DNA of 64,000 bases. Origin: Alkalispirochaeta sp. Its GTDB lineage: Bacteria; Spirochaetota; Spirochaetia; DSM-27196; Alkalispirochaetaceae. The notes beneath the pieces were generated by a model. The model worked only from the letters and a program-made list of their open reading frames with translations. It made no database searches and was not told the DNA's origin. Shown piece after piece: positions 28,832 through 37,761 of the stretch. Numbering within the stretch: the first letter of the stretch is position 1; every line of letters starts with the position of its first letter. The position numbers and the translations under genes were made by a program. Location of the stretch: NCBI GenBank assembly GCA_965601925.1, contig OZ271854.1, positions 2,208,001 through 2,272,000 of the forward strand. Direction: 5' to 3'.

Positions 28832-30163
28832 TCATCGAGGTTCTCCTCCGCCGGGCGTATCGGACGGAGCGACACCCTCCGGGTGGGCTGCGATCGTGCG
28901 GGCTAATACACGTGCGGCCAAGGCGATGTCCTCGGGCCGACTGAACTCCGCCGGGTTGTGGCTGATGCCGTCCCGGCTGGCGACGAATACCATCGCGGTA
29001 GGCAGGTGCGGCGCCAGTATCGCCGCGTCGTGGAGCGCCCCGCTCGCCACCGTCGGCATCTCCTCCCCGATTTCCACGGCGCTCGTGCGCAGCGCGTTAC
29101 AGATGTGCTCATCCAGAGGAGCGGGCGCGATCCTCTCGCTTCGTGAGATCGATATCGCGAGACGTCGTTTCTCGGCGGCTAAATGGACGAAACGGCGAAT
29201 TTCGGTCTCGCCGCGCTCCAACATCGACTCCTCGCGGGCGCGGAAGTCGATGGTAAGTCGCACTTCGCCGGCGATCACGTTGACCGCGTTGGGAGCCGCG
29301 GTGATGGACCCCACCGTGAGTACCGTAAAGGGCAGCTCCCGCGCAAAACGGCGTCCCATATCTTCCAGTATGGCGATGATCTCCGCCGCACCCGCCAAAG
29401 CGTCTCGCCGGCCCTCCATCCCAGTGGAACCCGCGTGATTCGCTTGGCCGGTAAGGGCGAGATCGAACTGCCTTCTCCCGTTGATCCGATTGACCGCCGC
29501 GATGGAACGCTCGGTGTCCCACAGGTGTAGCCCCTGCTCGGCGTGAATCTCTACAAAGCCGACGTACCGCGAGGCGTCGAAGCGTTGCGTCCACCCGGTC
29601 CCGGCTTCAATCGGCGGCGTGGGTTGAAGGAGGTGCTCTTGTACACCGTGATCGACTCCGGCCTCCAAATAGGTCGAGCCGTGGCGATTCTTAACCGTCG
29701 AGAGCGTCTCTACCCCGATCGCACCGGTCCACGCGCGGCTTCCGAGCATCCCAAGGCCGAAGGTGGTCCCCTCTTCCTCGGCGAATATGACGATCTCCAG
29801 GGGCAACGCCGGATTCGAACGCACGATCTCCAGCGGGACCACAATGCCCATCACACCGTCGTATTTGCCGCCTGAAGGGACCGAATCGATGTGCGACCCC
29901 GAGAGCCAGACGGGACGATCCCATCCGACATCCTTGTGGCGGATGTGTACGTTTCCCGCCGCATCCACGACGTGTTCCGCCCCTGCGGAGGCGGCCCGAG
30001 AGATGACGTAGTCGCGCGCCTCGCGCCACGAAGAAGAAAATGTCGGCCGGCTGTGTCCGACATCGGGCGGACTCTCGGAGAAGCGGGCGATCGCCTCGAT
30101 ATCGGCGTGGATTCGCTCCGCACTCGGTGCGTCGCCCCCGAGGGTTCCCGTGTGGTCGGTCAT
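28832..30163 (-). CDS. allC: Allantoate amidohydrolase-like Zn hydrolase (M20)
   Basis: 'GSHIDSVPSGGKYDG', 'AEEEG', 'EIHAEQG', 'ANHAGST', 'SGALHDA', 'GISHNPAE'; operon context; ATGA overlap with the upstream gene. Confidence 0.82.
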   Translation of the reverse strand: MTDHTGTLGGDAPSAERIHADIEAIARFSESPPDVGHSRPTFSSSWREARDYVISRAASAGAEHVVDAAGNVHIRHKDVGWDRPVWLSGSHIDSVPSGGKYDGVMGIVVPLEIVRSNPALPLEIVIFAEEEGTTFGLGMLGSRAWTGAIGVETLSTVKNRHGSTYLEAGVDHGVQEHLLQPTPPIEAGTGWTQRFDASRYVGFVEIHAEQGLHLWDTERSIAAVNRINGRRQFDLALTGQANHAGSTGMEGRRDALAGAAEIIAILEDMGRRFARELPFTVLTVGSITAAPNAVNVIAGEVRLTIDFRAREESMLERGETEIRRFVHLAAEKRRLAISISRSERIAPAPLDEHICNALRTSAVEIGEEMPTVASGALHDAAILAPHLPTAMVFVASRDGISHNPAEFSRPEDIALAARVLARTIAAHPEGVAPSDTPGGGEPR

Positions 30164-31143
30164 ACGCCGAACTGGTCGCGCCATTCGGCGCCGGTCTGTT
30201 CCATCGTGCTCTCGGCCGCGGAACGCCGCAGGCGGTGAAGTTGGGGCATGCCCAACTGCCACTCCTGCATCCAATCTCGGGCAAAGATGCCTCGTTCGGT
30301 TTCGCGAAAGATCTCGCGCACGGCGTCGTCGTTAATGACGCGAGGACCCCGGGTCCGGACCGCGAACTCGCAGGTACGGCTGGAGCGTGTAGTGAGGTAG
30401 CTTTCGATACCGTGCTCGTCCATGACGTCGATGACGCTTCGCAGAGAACGGATCGACTTGGCGTAGGCGAAACTCGGCGCGTACCCGTTGTCCACCATCG
30501 TTTGAAAGCACAGCCGCATGAGGTGTATGACCCCACCGTAGAGAATCTGCTCCTCGAAGTTGTCGCCCTCGGTCTCGTGCTGAAAGGTGAGGTTTACCAC
30601 ACCTGCGCGCGTCGAGCCGACCGCCTTGGAAAGTGCGAGGGCGATCTCGAGTGCGTCGCCGGTCGCGTCGTGGTCGACGCTGACGCAGCCGTAGATACCC
30701 TCGCCCTTGAGATACTTCTCTCGCACGAACGCTCCCGGGGCGTTCGGGACGAACAGCACCGTGTTCACGTCCTCGGGCGGTACGATTGCGCCGTACAGCA
30801 CATTGAAGCCGTGACAGAAGCACAATGTCTGACCCGCCCGTAGATTGGCCTTGATATGATCGCGATAGACCGCCGGTTGGGCGGGGTCGGCGAGTTCGAT
30901 TAACACGATGTCCGCCTTACGAACGGCATTAGCGTAGTCGAAGACTTCGAACCCGTCGGCCTCGGCCGCGTCTCGTGACGCACTCTCGCCCGCCGGTCTC
31001 GTTCCTACCACGACCGTGCATCCCGAGTCGCGGGCGTTGGTAGCCTGAGCCTTTCCCTGAATACCGTAGCCCAGGACCGCCAACACTTTGCCGTCGAGTA
31101 TCGAAAGGTCCACGTCCTCGTCGCGATAAATTTTCTCGTCCAT
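30160..31143 (-). CDS. Divergent ketol-acid reductoisomerase (IlvC) homologue, probably a different activity
   Basis: Full-length class I KARI likeness ('GYGIQG', 'FCHGFNV', 'RAGV..LTFQHETEGDNFEEQ..YGG', 'GPRVI'), but PKGPG is PNAPG and AYFECLHE is AYAKSIRS. Confidence 0.85.
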   Translation of the reverse strand: MDEKIYRDEDVDLSILDGKVLAVLGYGIQGKAQATNARDSGCTVVVGTRPAGESASRDAAEADGFEVFDYANAVRKADIVLIELADPAQPAVYRDHIKANLRAGQTLCFCHGFNVLYGAIVPPEDVNTVLFVPNAPGAFVREKYLKGEGIYGCVSVDHDATGDALEIALALSKAVGSTRAGVVNLTFQHETEGDNFEEQILYGGVIHLMRLCFQTMVDNGYAPSFAYAKSIRSLRSVIDVMDEHGIESYLTTRSSRTCEFAVRTRGPRVINDDAVREIFRETERGIFARDWMQEWQLGMPQLHRLRRSAAESTMEQTGAEWRDQFGV

Positions 31144-31155
31144 CGGTGCCTCCTG

Positions 31156-31968
31156 TTACTCCCCCAACGCGATTTCGCGGTTGACGTTTTTGTAGTAGAT
31201 ATAGCGTGTGGCGGTAGGGCCGGTTGCGTAGTAGCTCTGGGGGCAAAATGGTCCCATCCATATGAAGTCGCTCGCCTCCACCTCCATCCATGCATCGTCC
31301 AAGTAGTAGAGTCCCTTCCCCCCAAGAACGTATAGGCCGTGCTCCATCACGTGCGTTTCGGTCACCGGTAGGCTGTGGCCGGTCTGAAAGGTGAAGATGT
31401 TCATCGCCATGTCAAAGGCGAGCTCGTCGGGGATGAGGGTTTGGAGTAGCGCCCCCTCATCGCCCATGTAGACCTCGCCGGCCACATCGCGCTCGTTCGC
31501 AATGACGGGAGCAAACTCGTCGATACCCGGCGCCGTCTCGTACCGTTTTCGTAAGAGGAGGAGTGTGGCGTCGTCGGTCGCTTCAACCCGATATCCGTAC
31601 GACGGCGGGATCAGGGCGTAGCCGCCGGGGGCTACGGTATGGGGACCGAGGGCGGTGTGGTGTGACGACGCATCGCCGGTGAAGCCCACTACGCCGCGAC
31701 CGCCTGAAAGGGTAAGACGCGCGCTGCCGCTCAAAAGAAAGATAAAGTGCTCGATCTCGCCGTCGCTCGGATGCTCTCCCACCGCTCCCGCATCGAGCTC
31801 CAGTCGATATTCGACGAACTGGGCCCCCAGAGCCGGTGCTGCCAAGATGTGTACCCGCGCCTCGGGCCACTCCGGAAGTCTGGAGTACGGAACACCTTCC
31901 AAGGGGATCAATGCGTAGCGCGCCTTTACGCGCGTTCGACTCGTCAAAAGCTCGGTCTGTTTTCTCAC
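31156..31968 (-). CDS. allE: (S)-ureidoglycine aminohydrolase (bicupin)
   Basis: 'FDMAMNIFTF..G.SLPVTETHVMEHGLYVLGGKGLYYL', 'FIWMGPFCPQ', 'YIYYKNVNR'. Confidence 0.92.
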   Translation of the reverse strand: MRKQTELLTSRTRVKARYALIPLEGVPYSRLPEWPEARVHILAAPALGAQFVEYRLELDAGAVGEHPSDGEIEHFIFLLSGSARLTLSGGRGVVGFTGDASSHHTALGPHTVAPGGYALIPPSYGYRVEATDDATLLLLRKRYETAPGIDEFAPVIANERDVAGEVYMGDEGALLQTLIPDELAFDMAMNIFTFQTGHSLPVTETHVMEHGLYVLGGKGLYYLDDAWMEVEASDFIWMGPFCPQSYYATGPTATRYIYYKNVNREIALGE

Positions 31969-32017
31969 TTGTATAGCATCCTTTCGAGCATGATTTCTGA
32001 GAAGGTGACGGCATCCT

Positions 32018-34915
32018 CTAATCGTCGCCCATGGCGCGCCAACACTCTTCGGCGGTTATCGGGAGGCGCATGATTCGTACTCCTACAGCGTCCCGCACCG
32101 CATTGGCGATCGCTGCGGGGGTCGCGGTAGTGGTCAACTCGCCTAACGCCTTTGCGCCCAAGGGGCCCGCATCGTCCGCTTCTTCAAAAAATACCGTTTC
32201 CAGGCGGCCGACGTCTGCAATTGAAGGGACGCGATAGTCTCGAAATGCCGGGTTGGTCACCCGTCCCGACTCGTCGAGGACAAGATGTTCACTCAACGCG
32301 TAGCCGATCGACTGTACCGTCGCGCCCTCCGCCTGCCCCCGGCAGACTCGCGGATTCAGAAGCGTTCCGCAGTCAATCGCCTGTACGATGTCGAGCACCT
32401 CTACGCGACCCGTCGCCTCTTCGACGCGAACGCGCGCGCCTACCGCGGCAAAGCTCATCGATACGCGGTCGTGAGCAAAGCGGTCGACGGTGACGCTCAG
32501 CTCCTCTTTGAACCGTCGCGCCCCCTCCACCAACTCCCCCGGGGTTAGAAGCGGCGTCGCATCCCGCGACCCCGAGGAGTCGATGACGCCCTGCATCGAC
32601 AGCATCAGTGCGTCCGATGAGGTGCCCACCAACCGCGCCGCGACTGCGAGGATGCGCGACCGGAGGCGCGTTGCGGCGATGTATACCGCTTTGCCGGCGA
32701 TATAGGCGGTCGCCGACGCGTACGCTCCCGAGTCCTCCGGGGCGTTGTGCGTGTCGCCGCTGGAGATATCGATCGTGCTGTACGGCAAACCGAGAACGTC
32801 GGCGGCGATTTGAGCGAGGGTGGTATCGGACGCCGTACCGATATCCGCCGTCGCGGTGGAAAGCGATACTCCGCCGGCGGTGTAGGCAATCGTCGCTCCC
32901 GAGATATGGATATTGGCGAGGCCGCTTCCGATGGTGGAGATTGCGAGACCCGAACCGCATCGCCAACCGTGGGATCTTTCTGCGTTTCGGGATCGGTCGG
33001 TATCGATCTCTGCGAGGCGGCCGGCGACGTGGTCAATGCATCGATCGAGAGCGTAAGAACCGATTTTGTGGTCGCGATCCTCTTGTTCTTCGAGGTGAAG
33101 CGGCGCGTCGGCACCTACCGCATTGCGACGGCGAAACTCCGCCGGATCGATAGCGAGGCGCCGTGCGAGCTCGTCCATGAGGGACTCCACTGCATATGCT
33201 GTTTGCGCCGCGCCGTAGCCGCGAAAAGCGCCGGCCGGCACCGTGTTGGTGTAGACCGCCCGACCGCGGGTGTGCTTGTTGGGACACACATAGAGGGCGA
33301 GCGCCTCGAAAGCGGCACACTCCAGCACATCGTAGGAGTGGTTTCCGTACGCACCCCCGTTCGCAATAAAGTCAAGGGAAAGCGCGGTAAGGCGTCCGTC
33401 GCGCGTCGCGCCGCCGCGGACGGTGATATGCATGGGGTGGCGCGTGTTGGTGGATGTAAACTCCTCGTGACGGTCGAACTCCCAGTGCACGGGACGCGCG
33501 AGGCGCAGCGCCGCAAAAGCCGCGATATCCTCGCACAGCACCTCTTGTTTGTTGCCGAAGCCGCCGCCTACCAACGGCTTGAAGAGGCGAATGCTCTCCT
33601 CCGGCCGATCCAATACGCGCGCGACGGTGCGCCGCGCGAGATGGGGAACTTGCGTGCTCGATCGTATGACGAGGGTGCCGTCGGCCTCGGCCCATGCGGT
33701 GGCCGCGTGCGGCTCCATGTGTGTATGTTGCTGCCGCGGCGTCCGCACGGTGAGCTCGACCACCTCAGCGGCTTCCTCATAGCCACGCTCTATCGAGCCC
33801 ACGCGGTGGTCGATCTCACCGATAAGGTTGCGGGTGCGGTCGGCTATCCGAAAGGACTCCTCCTCGGGATGAATCACCGGCGCGCCCTCCTCGAGAGCTT
33901 CGAGAGGATCAAAGACCGCCGGCAGCGCCTCGTAGTCGATCTCCACCAGCCGAGCGGCGCGACGCGCGATCATCGCGGACTCGGCCACCACAATCGCCGC
34001 TCGTTGCCCGACAAAGCGCATCGTATCGTCCAGGAGATAGGTGTCAAAGGCGTCGCGCGGCTCGGCGGGGTGGCACGCGGTCGTATAGGGGATACGGGGA
34101 ACGTGCTCGTGCCAAAACACGTCGAGTACTCCCGGGAGGGCGCGCGCCGCCTCCGCTCGCACGGCCGTGATGCGCGCGTGGGCGTAAGGCGAGCGCACGG
34201 CGCTGATGTACGCAGGCTCACCGGGCGTCGTCGAGAGAAAGTCGCCGGTGAAAGAGGGGGTTCCCGTCACTATGTCCCGACCGTGGCGATTGGGAAGAGA
34301 CATCCCAACACTGCCGGACGTCGCGTCCGACGCTCTCGTGACTCCGATTGCCGGCCGCGGCGTACCGGTTTCGACATCGACTACCTCTTCCACCCCGGCG
34401 AGCCCCGCCCGTTGATGCGTTACAATTGCATCGGCGCTGCGTTGTATCGACTGCCAGCCGGTGCAACGGCAGATGTTACCTTTGGTGCGCCACGCAATAT
34501 CGCGGTGTTCGCCGGCGTGCGGCGAAGCGAGGGTCATAATCATCCCGGCGGTGCAGTACCCGCACTGAAATCCCTCCTCGGCGAGGAACGCCGCCTGGAC
34601 GGGGTGTAGCGACGGTGGAGGCGTCGCATCGTTTCCGTGGTGCTCCGCGTGTCTCCCGTCGGCCGCGTTTCCCCGAGCGGCCCCCGCCAACCCTTCGATA
34701 GTGGTGATGCGACGGTCGCCGGCGCGCCATGCCGGAAGAATACACGATTGAACCGCCGCCCCGTCGAGCCACACGGTGCAGCACCCGCAGTCTCCCGCCT
34801 CGCAGCCGCGTTTCGGCCCCACGACGCCGGCGTCGCGTAGGGCGGTCAGAAGACTCGTTCCCGGTTCGTGGTCGAGGGTGCGTTCCGCGCCGTTGATCTG
34901 AAGGCGTGTCGTCAT
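32018..34915 (-). CDS. Xanthine dehydrogenase-family molybdopterin subunit fused to 2Fe-2S domain
   Basis: 'GCEAGDCGCC', 'QCGYC', 'NICRC'; 'GGGFGNK', 'AFRGYG', catalytic 'KALGE'. Confidence 0.9.
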   Translation of the reverse strand: MTTRLQINGAERTLDHEPGTSLLTALRDAGVVGPKRGCEAGDCGCCTVWLDGAAVQSCILPAWRAGDRRITTIEGLAGAARGNAADGRHAEHHGNDATPPPSLHPVQAAFLAEEGFQCGYCTAGMIMTLASPHAGEHRDIAWRTKGNICRCTGWQSIQRSADAIVTHQRAGLAGVEEVVDVETGTPRPAIGVTRASDATSGSVGMSLPNRHGRDIVTGTPSFTGDFLSTTPGEPAYISAVRSPYAHARITAVRAEAARALPGVLDVFWHEHVPRIPYTTACHPAEPRDAFDTYLLDDTMRFVGQRAAIVVAESAMIARRAARLVEIDYEALPAVFDPLEALEEGAPVIHPEEESFRIADRTRNLIGEIDHRVGSIERGYEEAAEVVELTVRTPRQQHTHMEPHAATAWAEADGTLVIRSSTQVPHLARRTVARVLDRPEESIRLFKPLVGGGFGNKQEVLCEDIAAFAALRLARPVHWEFDRHEEFTSTNTRHPMHITVRGGATRDGRLTALSLDFIANGGAYGNHSYDVLECAAFEALALYVCPNKHTRGRAVYTNTVPAGAFRGYGAAQTAYAVESLMDELARRLAIDPAEFRRRNAVGADAPLHLEEQEDRDHKIGSYALDRCIDHVAGRLAEIDTDRSRNAERSHGWRCGSGLAISTIGSGLANIHISGATIAYTAGGVSLSTATADIGTASDTTLAQIAADVLGLPYSTIDISSGDTHNAPEDSGAYASATAYIAGKAVYIAATRLRSRILAVAARLVGTSSDALMLSMQGVIDSSGSRDATPLLTPGELVEGARRFKEELSVTVDRFAHDRVSMSFAAVGARVRVEEATGRVEVLDIVQAIDCGTLLNPRVCRGQAEGATVQSIGYALSEHLVLDESGRVTNPAFRDYRVPSIADVGRLETVFFEEADDAGPLGAKALGELTTTATPAAIANAVRDAVGVRIMRLPITAEECWRAMGDD

Positions 34916-35760
34916 CGTTTTCTCTCATCAAGGAGTCGATTCCAGGCTCGGACGGCCGCTACACGGACCATATGGTGCCGGTAGACGGCGCTCCCGTGGC
35001 CGTCGTCTAAAAGGGGATGGGCGGCACACACCGCATCGGCGGCCTGCCGTATTTCTTTGACGTCGCTCTCCGCCGCTAAAGAGCGACACACCGGGTATTC
35101 TATCGCCGCCGACACGACGATGCGCGGTGTATGCGTCCCGGCGGCGTTACGCCGGGCGTTCCCGCTCTTGCGGACGATAGCCATGGCCGTGGCGTGGCTC
35201 GTCGGGGTGTAGCTCATCTTTTCCAGAGCGTATCGATCCGCGAGAGCCTCCGCCGGTATGCGGATCGCCCGTAAGTACTCTCCGGGTTGCAGGATCGTCT
35301 TGCGAACGCCGACTTGAAAGGTTCCGGCGGGGACGATCCGTGTCGTCCCGCCCGGCCTCACCAACTCGTAGGTTGCACCGAGAATGCAACATACCGGTGC
35401 CATCATCGACTTCGCGTAGGCCAAACAGATGTTTCCGCCCACGGTAGCGACTTCCCACGTCTTGAAGCTCGAAGAGAGGGTATCGATGGCGCGCTCGAAG
35501 AGCGGCCCTGCACCTCCCAAGAGGTCCACGCGCTTCAAAAGCTCGCGGTACGTGCACGTCGCTGCGATCCGTATCCCCGTCTCGCTGCTCGAAAGCGGTT
35601 CCGCCTCGATCGCCGATAGGTCGATGAGGCGCGTTACACCGGGTTGTCTCTCCGAGAAGAGCCACGTCCCACCGGCAACGTAGGCGTCGCCCGCGCTCCA
35701 AGGGGGAATCTCAGTCTCGCTATCGGGCCTGACTATTGTCTGCACATCGATAAGATCCAC
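34912..35760 (-). CDS. Xanthine dehydrogenase-family FAD-binding subunit
   Basis: 'AGGTWL', 'ATVGGNIC'; ATGA overlap with the Mo subunit. Confidence 0.88.
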   Translation of the reverse strand: MDLIDVQTIVRPDSETEIPPWSAGDAYVAGGTWLFSERQPGVTRLIDLSAIEAEPLSSSETGIRIAATCTYRELLKRVDLLGGAGPLFERAIDTLSSSFKTWEVATVGGNICLAYAKSMMAPVCCILGATYELVRPGGTTRIVPAGTFQVGVRKTILQPGEYLRAIRIPAEALADRYALEKMSYTPTSHATAMAIVRKSGNARRNAAGTHTPRIVVSAAIEYPVCRSLAAESDVKEIRQAADAVCAAHPLLDDGHGSAVYRHHMVRVAAVRAWNRLLDERKR

Positions 35761-35790
35761 GGAACATCCTTCACCGTATATTTTTTACCT

Positions 35791-37164
35791 TCAGCCATTG
35801 ATCAGACGCACCGCGGCGCGGTTGTGTCGCGCCGTAAGCGCCGCGACGTCGACGTCTACCAGGGTGCCGCCGGCCACCCTTTGGACTCCGTTGATAACCG
35901 AGAACGAGGCTGCAGGAGCGTTGCAGAAGACGAGTGCGGCGACCGGGTCGTGAACCGCGCCGCCGGCGAAGGGGAGGGAGTCGAGGCGGAATCCCACGAG
36001 ATCGGCCGCCGCTCCGGCTTCCAACCGTCCGATGTCTTCGCGCCCCAACACCGACGCGCCGCCCCGTGTGGCGAACCACAACGCCCGGCGCGCCGTTACA
36101 TCCATCTCGCCGCCGAGCCGTTGCAGGAGCATCGCTTGGCGTACCTCGGCGATCATGTTCGATCCGTCGTTTGAGGCCGACCCGTCCACGCCGATGCCGA
36201 CGCGCATCCCCGCATTATGCATCGCCGTTACCGGCGCGATTCCCGATCCAAGTCGCATGTTGGAGCTGGGACAGTACGCCATTCCGCAGCGGCACGTTCC
36301 CATCCTATCGATCTCTTTCGGATGGGGGTGGACCATATGGGCGAACCAGACGTCCTCTCCCATCCACTCGACTTGCTCGGCAAACTCAACCGGCGTTGCA
36401 CCGACAGTTTGCCGGCAATACTCCTCCTCATCGCGCGTCTCCGCCAAATGAGTGTGAAGGTGGACGCCGTAGCTCCGGGCGAGGCGAGCGCTCTCTTTCA
36501 TGAGGGTCGAGGAGACCGAAAAGGGCGAGCACGGCGCAACGACGATCCGCGTCATGGCGTACTCCTCCGAATCGTGATACGCCTCGATCACCCGTCGCGT
36601 GTCGCGGAGAACAGCCTCTTCTTCCTCGACGACGCTATCGGGAGGCAGTCCACCCGCCGACTCGCCGACCGACATCGCACCTCGAGAACAGTGGAAGCGC
36701 AATCCCATCTCCTCGACGGCTTCGATCTCATCGTCGACGCGCGTTCCGGCGGGCCAGAGGTACGTGTGATCCGCGGCGCACGTACACCCCGAAAGCATGA
36801 GCTCGGCGGCGGCAATCTGTGAGGCGGTGTACAACGCTTCGCGGTCCATGCGCGCCCATACGGGGTAGTGCGTCACCAGCCAGTCGAACAGACGTGCGTC
36901 TTGCCCCGCCGGGATGTTCCGCGTGAGGGTCTGAAAAAAGTGGTGGTGCGTATTGACGAGCCCGGGAATAACCACGTGGCCGCGAGCATCTATCTCGCGG
37001 TCGGCCGTAATCCGGCGGCGAGTCATGAGCGTCTCGATTTCTGCGTGGGGACCGATTGCGAGTATTCGATTGCCATCAATCAGTACCGATCCGTTGTTAA
37101 TCTCGCGGCAATCGTCGTCGAATGTGGCCAGGACATCGGCCTGCCGCACCACGGTGTATTTCAT
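35791..37164 (-). CDS. 8-oxoguanine deaminase-like amidohydrolase
   Basis: 'NTHHHFFQTLTR', 'APCSPFS', 'HTHLAET', 'WFAH', 'GVDGSASND'; ATG 37164 has no SD sequence. Confidence 0.8.
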   Translation of the reverse strand: MKYTVVRQADVLATFDDDCREINNGSVLIDGNRILAIGPHAEIETLMTRRRITADREIDARGHVVIPGLVNTHHHFFQTLTRNIPAGQDARLFDWLVTHYPVWARMDREALYTASQIAAAELMLSGCTCAADHTYLWPAGTRVDDEIEAVEEMGLRFHCSRGAMSVGESAGGLPPDSVVEEEEAVLRDTRRVIEAYHDSEEYAMTRIVVAPCSPFSVSSTLMKESARLARSYGVHLHTHLAETRDEEEYCRQTVGATPVEFAEQVEWMGEDVWFAHMVHPHPKEIDRMGTCRCGMAYCPSSNMRLGSGIAPVTAMHNAGMRVGIGVDGSASNDGSNMIAEVRQAMLLQRLGGEMDVTARRALWFATRGGASVLGREDIGRLEAGAAADLVGFRLDSLPFAGGAVHDPVAALVFCNAPAASFSVINGVQRVAGGTLVDVDVAALTARHNRAAVRLING

Positions 37165-37333
37165 GGGAAAGAAAAATACATCGATGTGGGTGGTTTTTGC
37201 AAATACCACAGTATGGTAGCAATGACGAGGCTCCGAAAGAGGTATCCTCGACGGCAAGGGTGCTTCGATCATCGTGTTTGCCGTCGTCTTTGTTACCATC
37301 AAAGCGGTGTGTTGTTTGCTACGGTGGTACCGA

Positions 37334-37615
37334 ATGATGTTTTTATATCGTATTACTAGAGTTATGGTGGTGTGTCTCTTTTGTGTCGTAGGCGTATCGC
37401 TTTCCTCCTGCGTAACCGCGACGGAGCTCGCCCGGGCGTCGATAGACGATCGCGCGGATCTGCCGCCCTCCGAGAAGGAGCGTCTGGTCCGAGAGGCGGA
37501 ACGGCGGTTCTGGCTCGGCCTCTTGTTCGCCGGCGAAGAGCTTGACCGGCCGGTACCCCACGACGTCACCGCCGATCCGCGCTACATAGAAGCGATCGAC
37601 GCTGCCGGCCGGTAG
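37334..37615 (+). CDS. Small hypothetical lipoprotein
   Basis: Hydrophobic N-terminus with SLSSC lipobox-like motif; no recognisable domain. Confidence 0.45.
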   Translation: MMFLYRITRVMVVCLFCVVGVSLSSCVTATELARASIDDRADLPPSEKERLVREAERRFWLGLLFAGEELDRPVPHDVTADPRYIEAIDAAGR

Positions 37616-37700
37616 AGCCGCTTCGGCCCCGACACGGTTCGGAAACCTACGGACCATCATTGCACGCCGCCTCTGTCCCGGACGGTGCCTCTTTTTTTCT

Positions 37701-37731
37701 TTGACTCTCCCCTAAGGGGAGGGATGAGACT
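37701..37731 (+). promoter_or_regulatory. MerR/BmrR-type promoter (19-bp spacer with dyad)
   Basis: -35 TTGACT, 19-nt spacer containing perfect dyad CTCCCCT-A-AGGGGAG (37707-37721), -10 GAGACT; MerR-GyrI gene in the same operon. Confidence 0.8.
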
Positions 37732-37761
37732 CTCCTTACACGACGTGCGAGGAGGTTGATC

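Noticed and set aside
30160..31143. Annotating this gene as housekeeping ilvC
   Set aside because: Conserved Lys and two Glu are replaced, and the context is purine catabolism without ilvBN or ilvD.
32747..34609. 620-aa plus-strand ORF, and similar ORFs such as 56016-57242 and 46323-47360
   Set aside because: Antisense shadows of well-supported genes in GC-rich DNA, with no motifs of their own.
37221..37250. Hammerhead ribozyme or Moco/purine riboswitch in the structured element
   Set aside because: ATGACGA...CGAAA lacks the CUGANGA core, stem II and the UH site; the conserved riboswitch cores are not recognisable.
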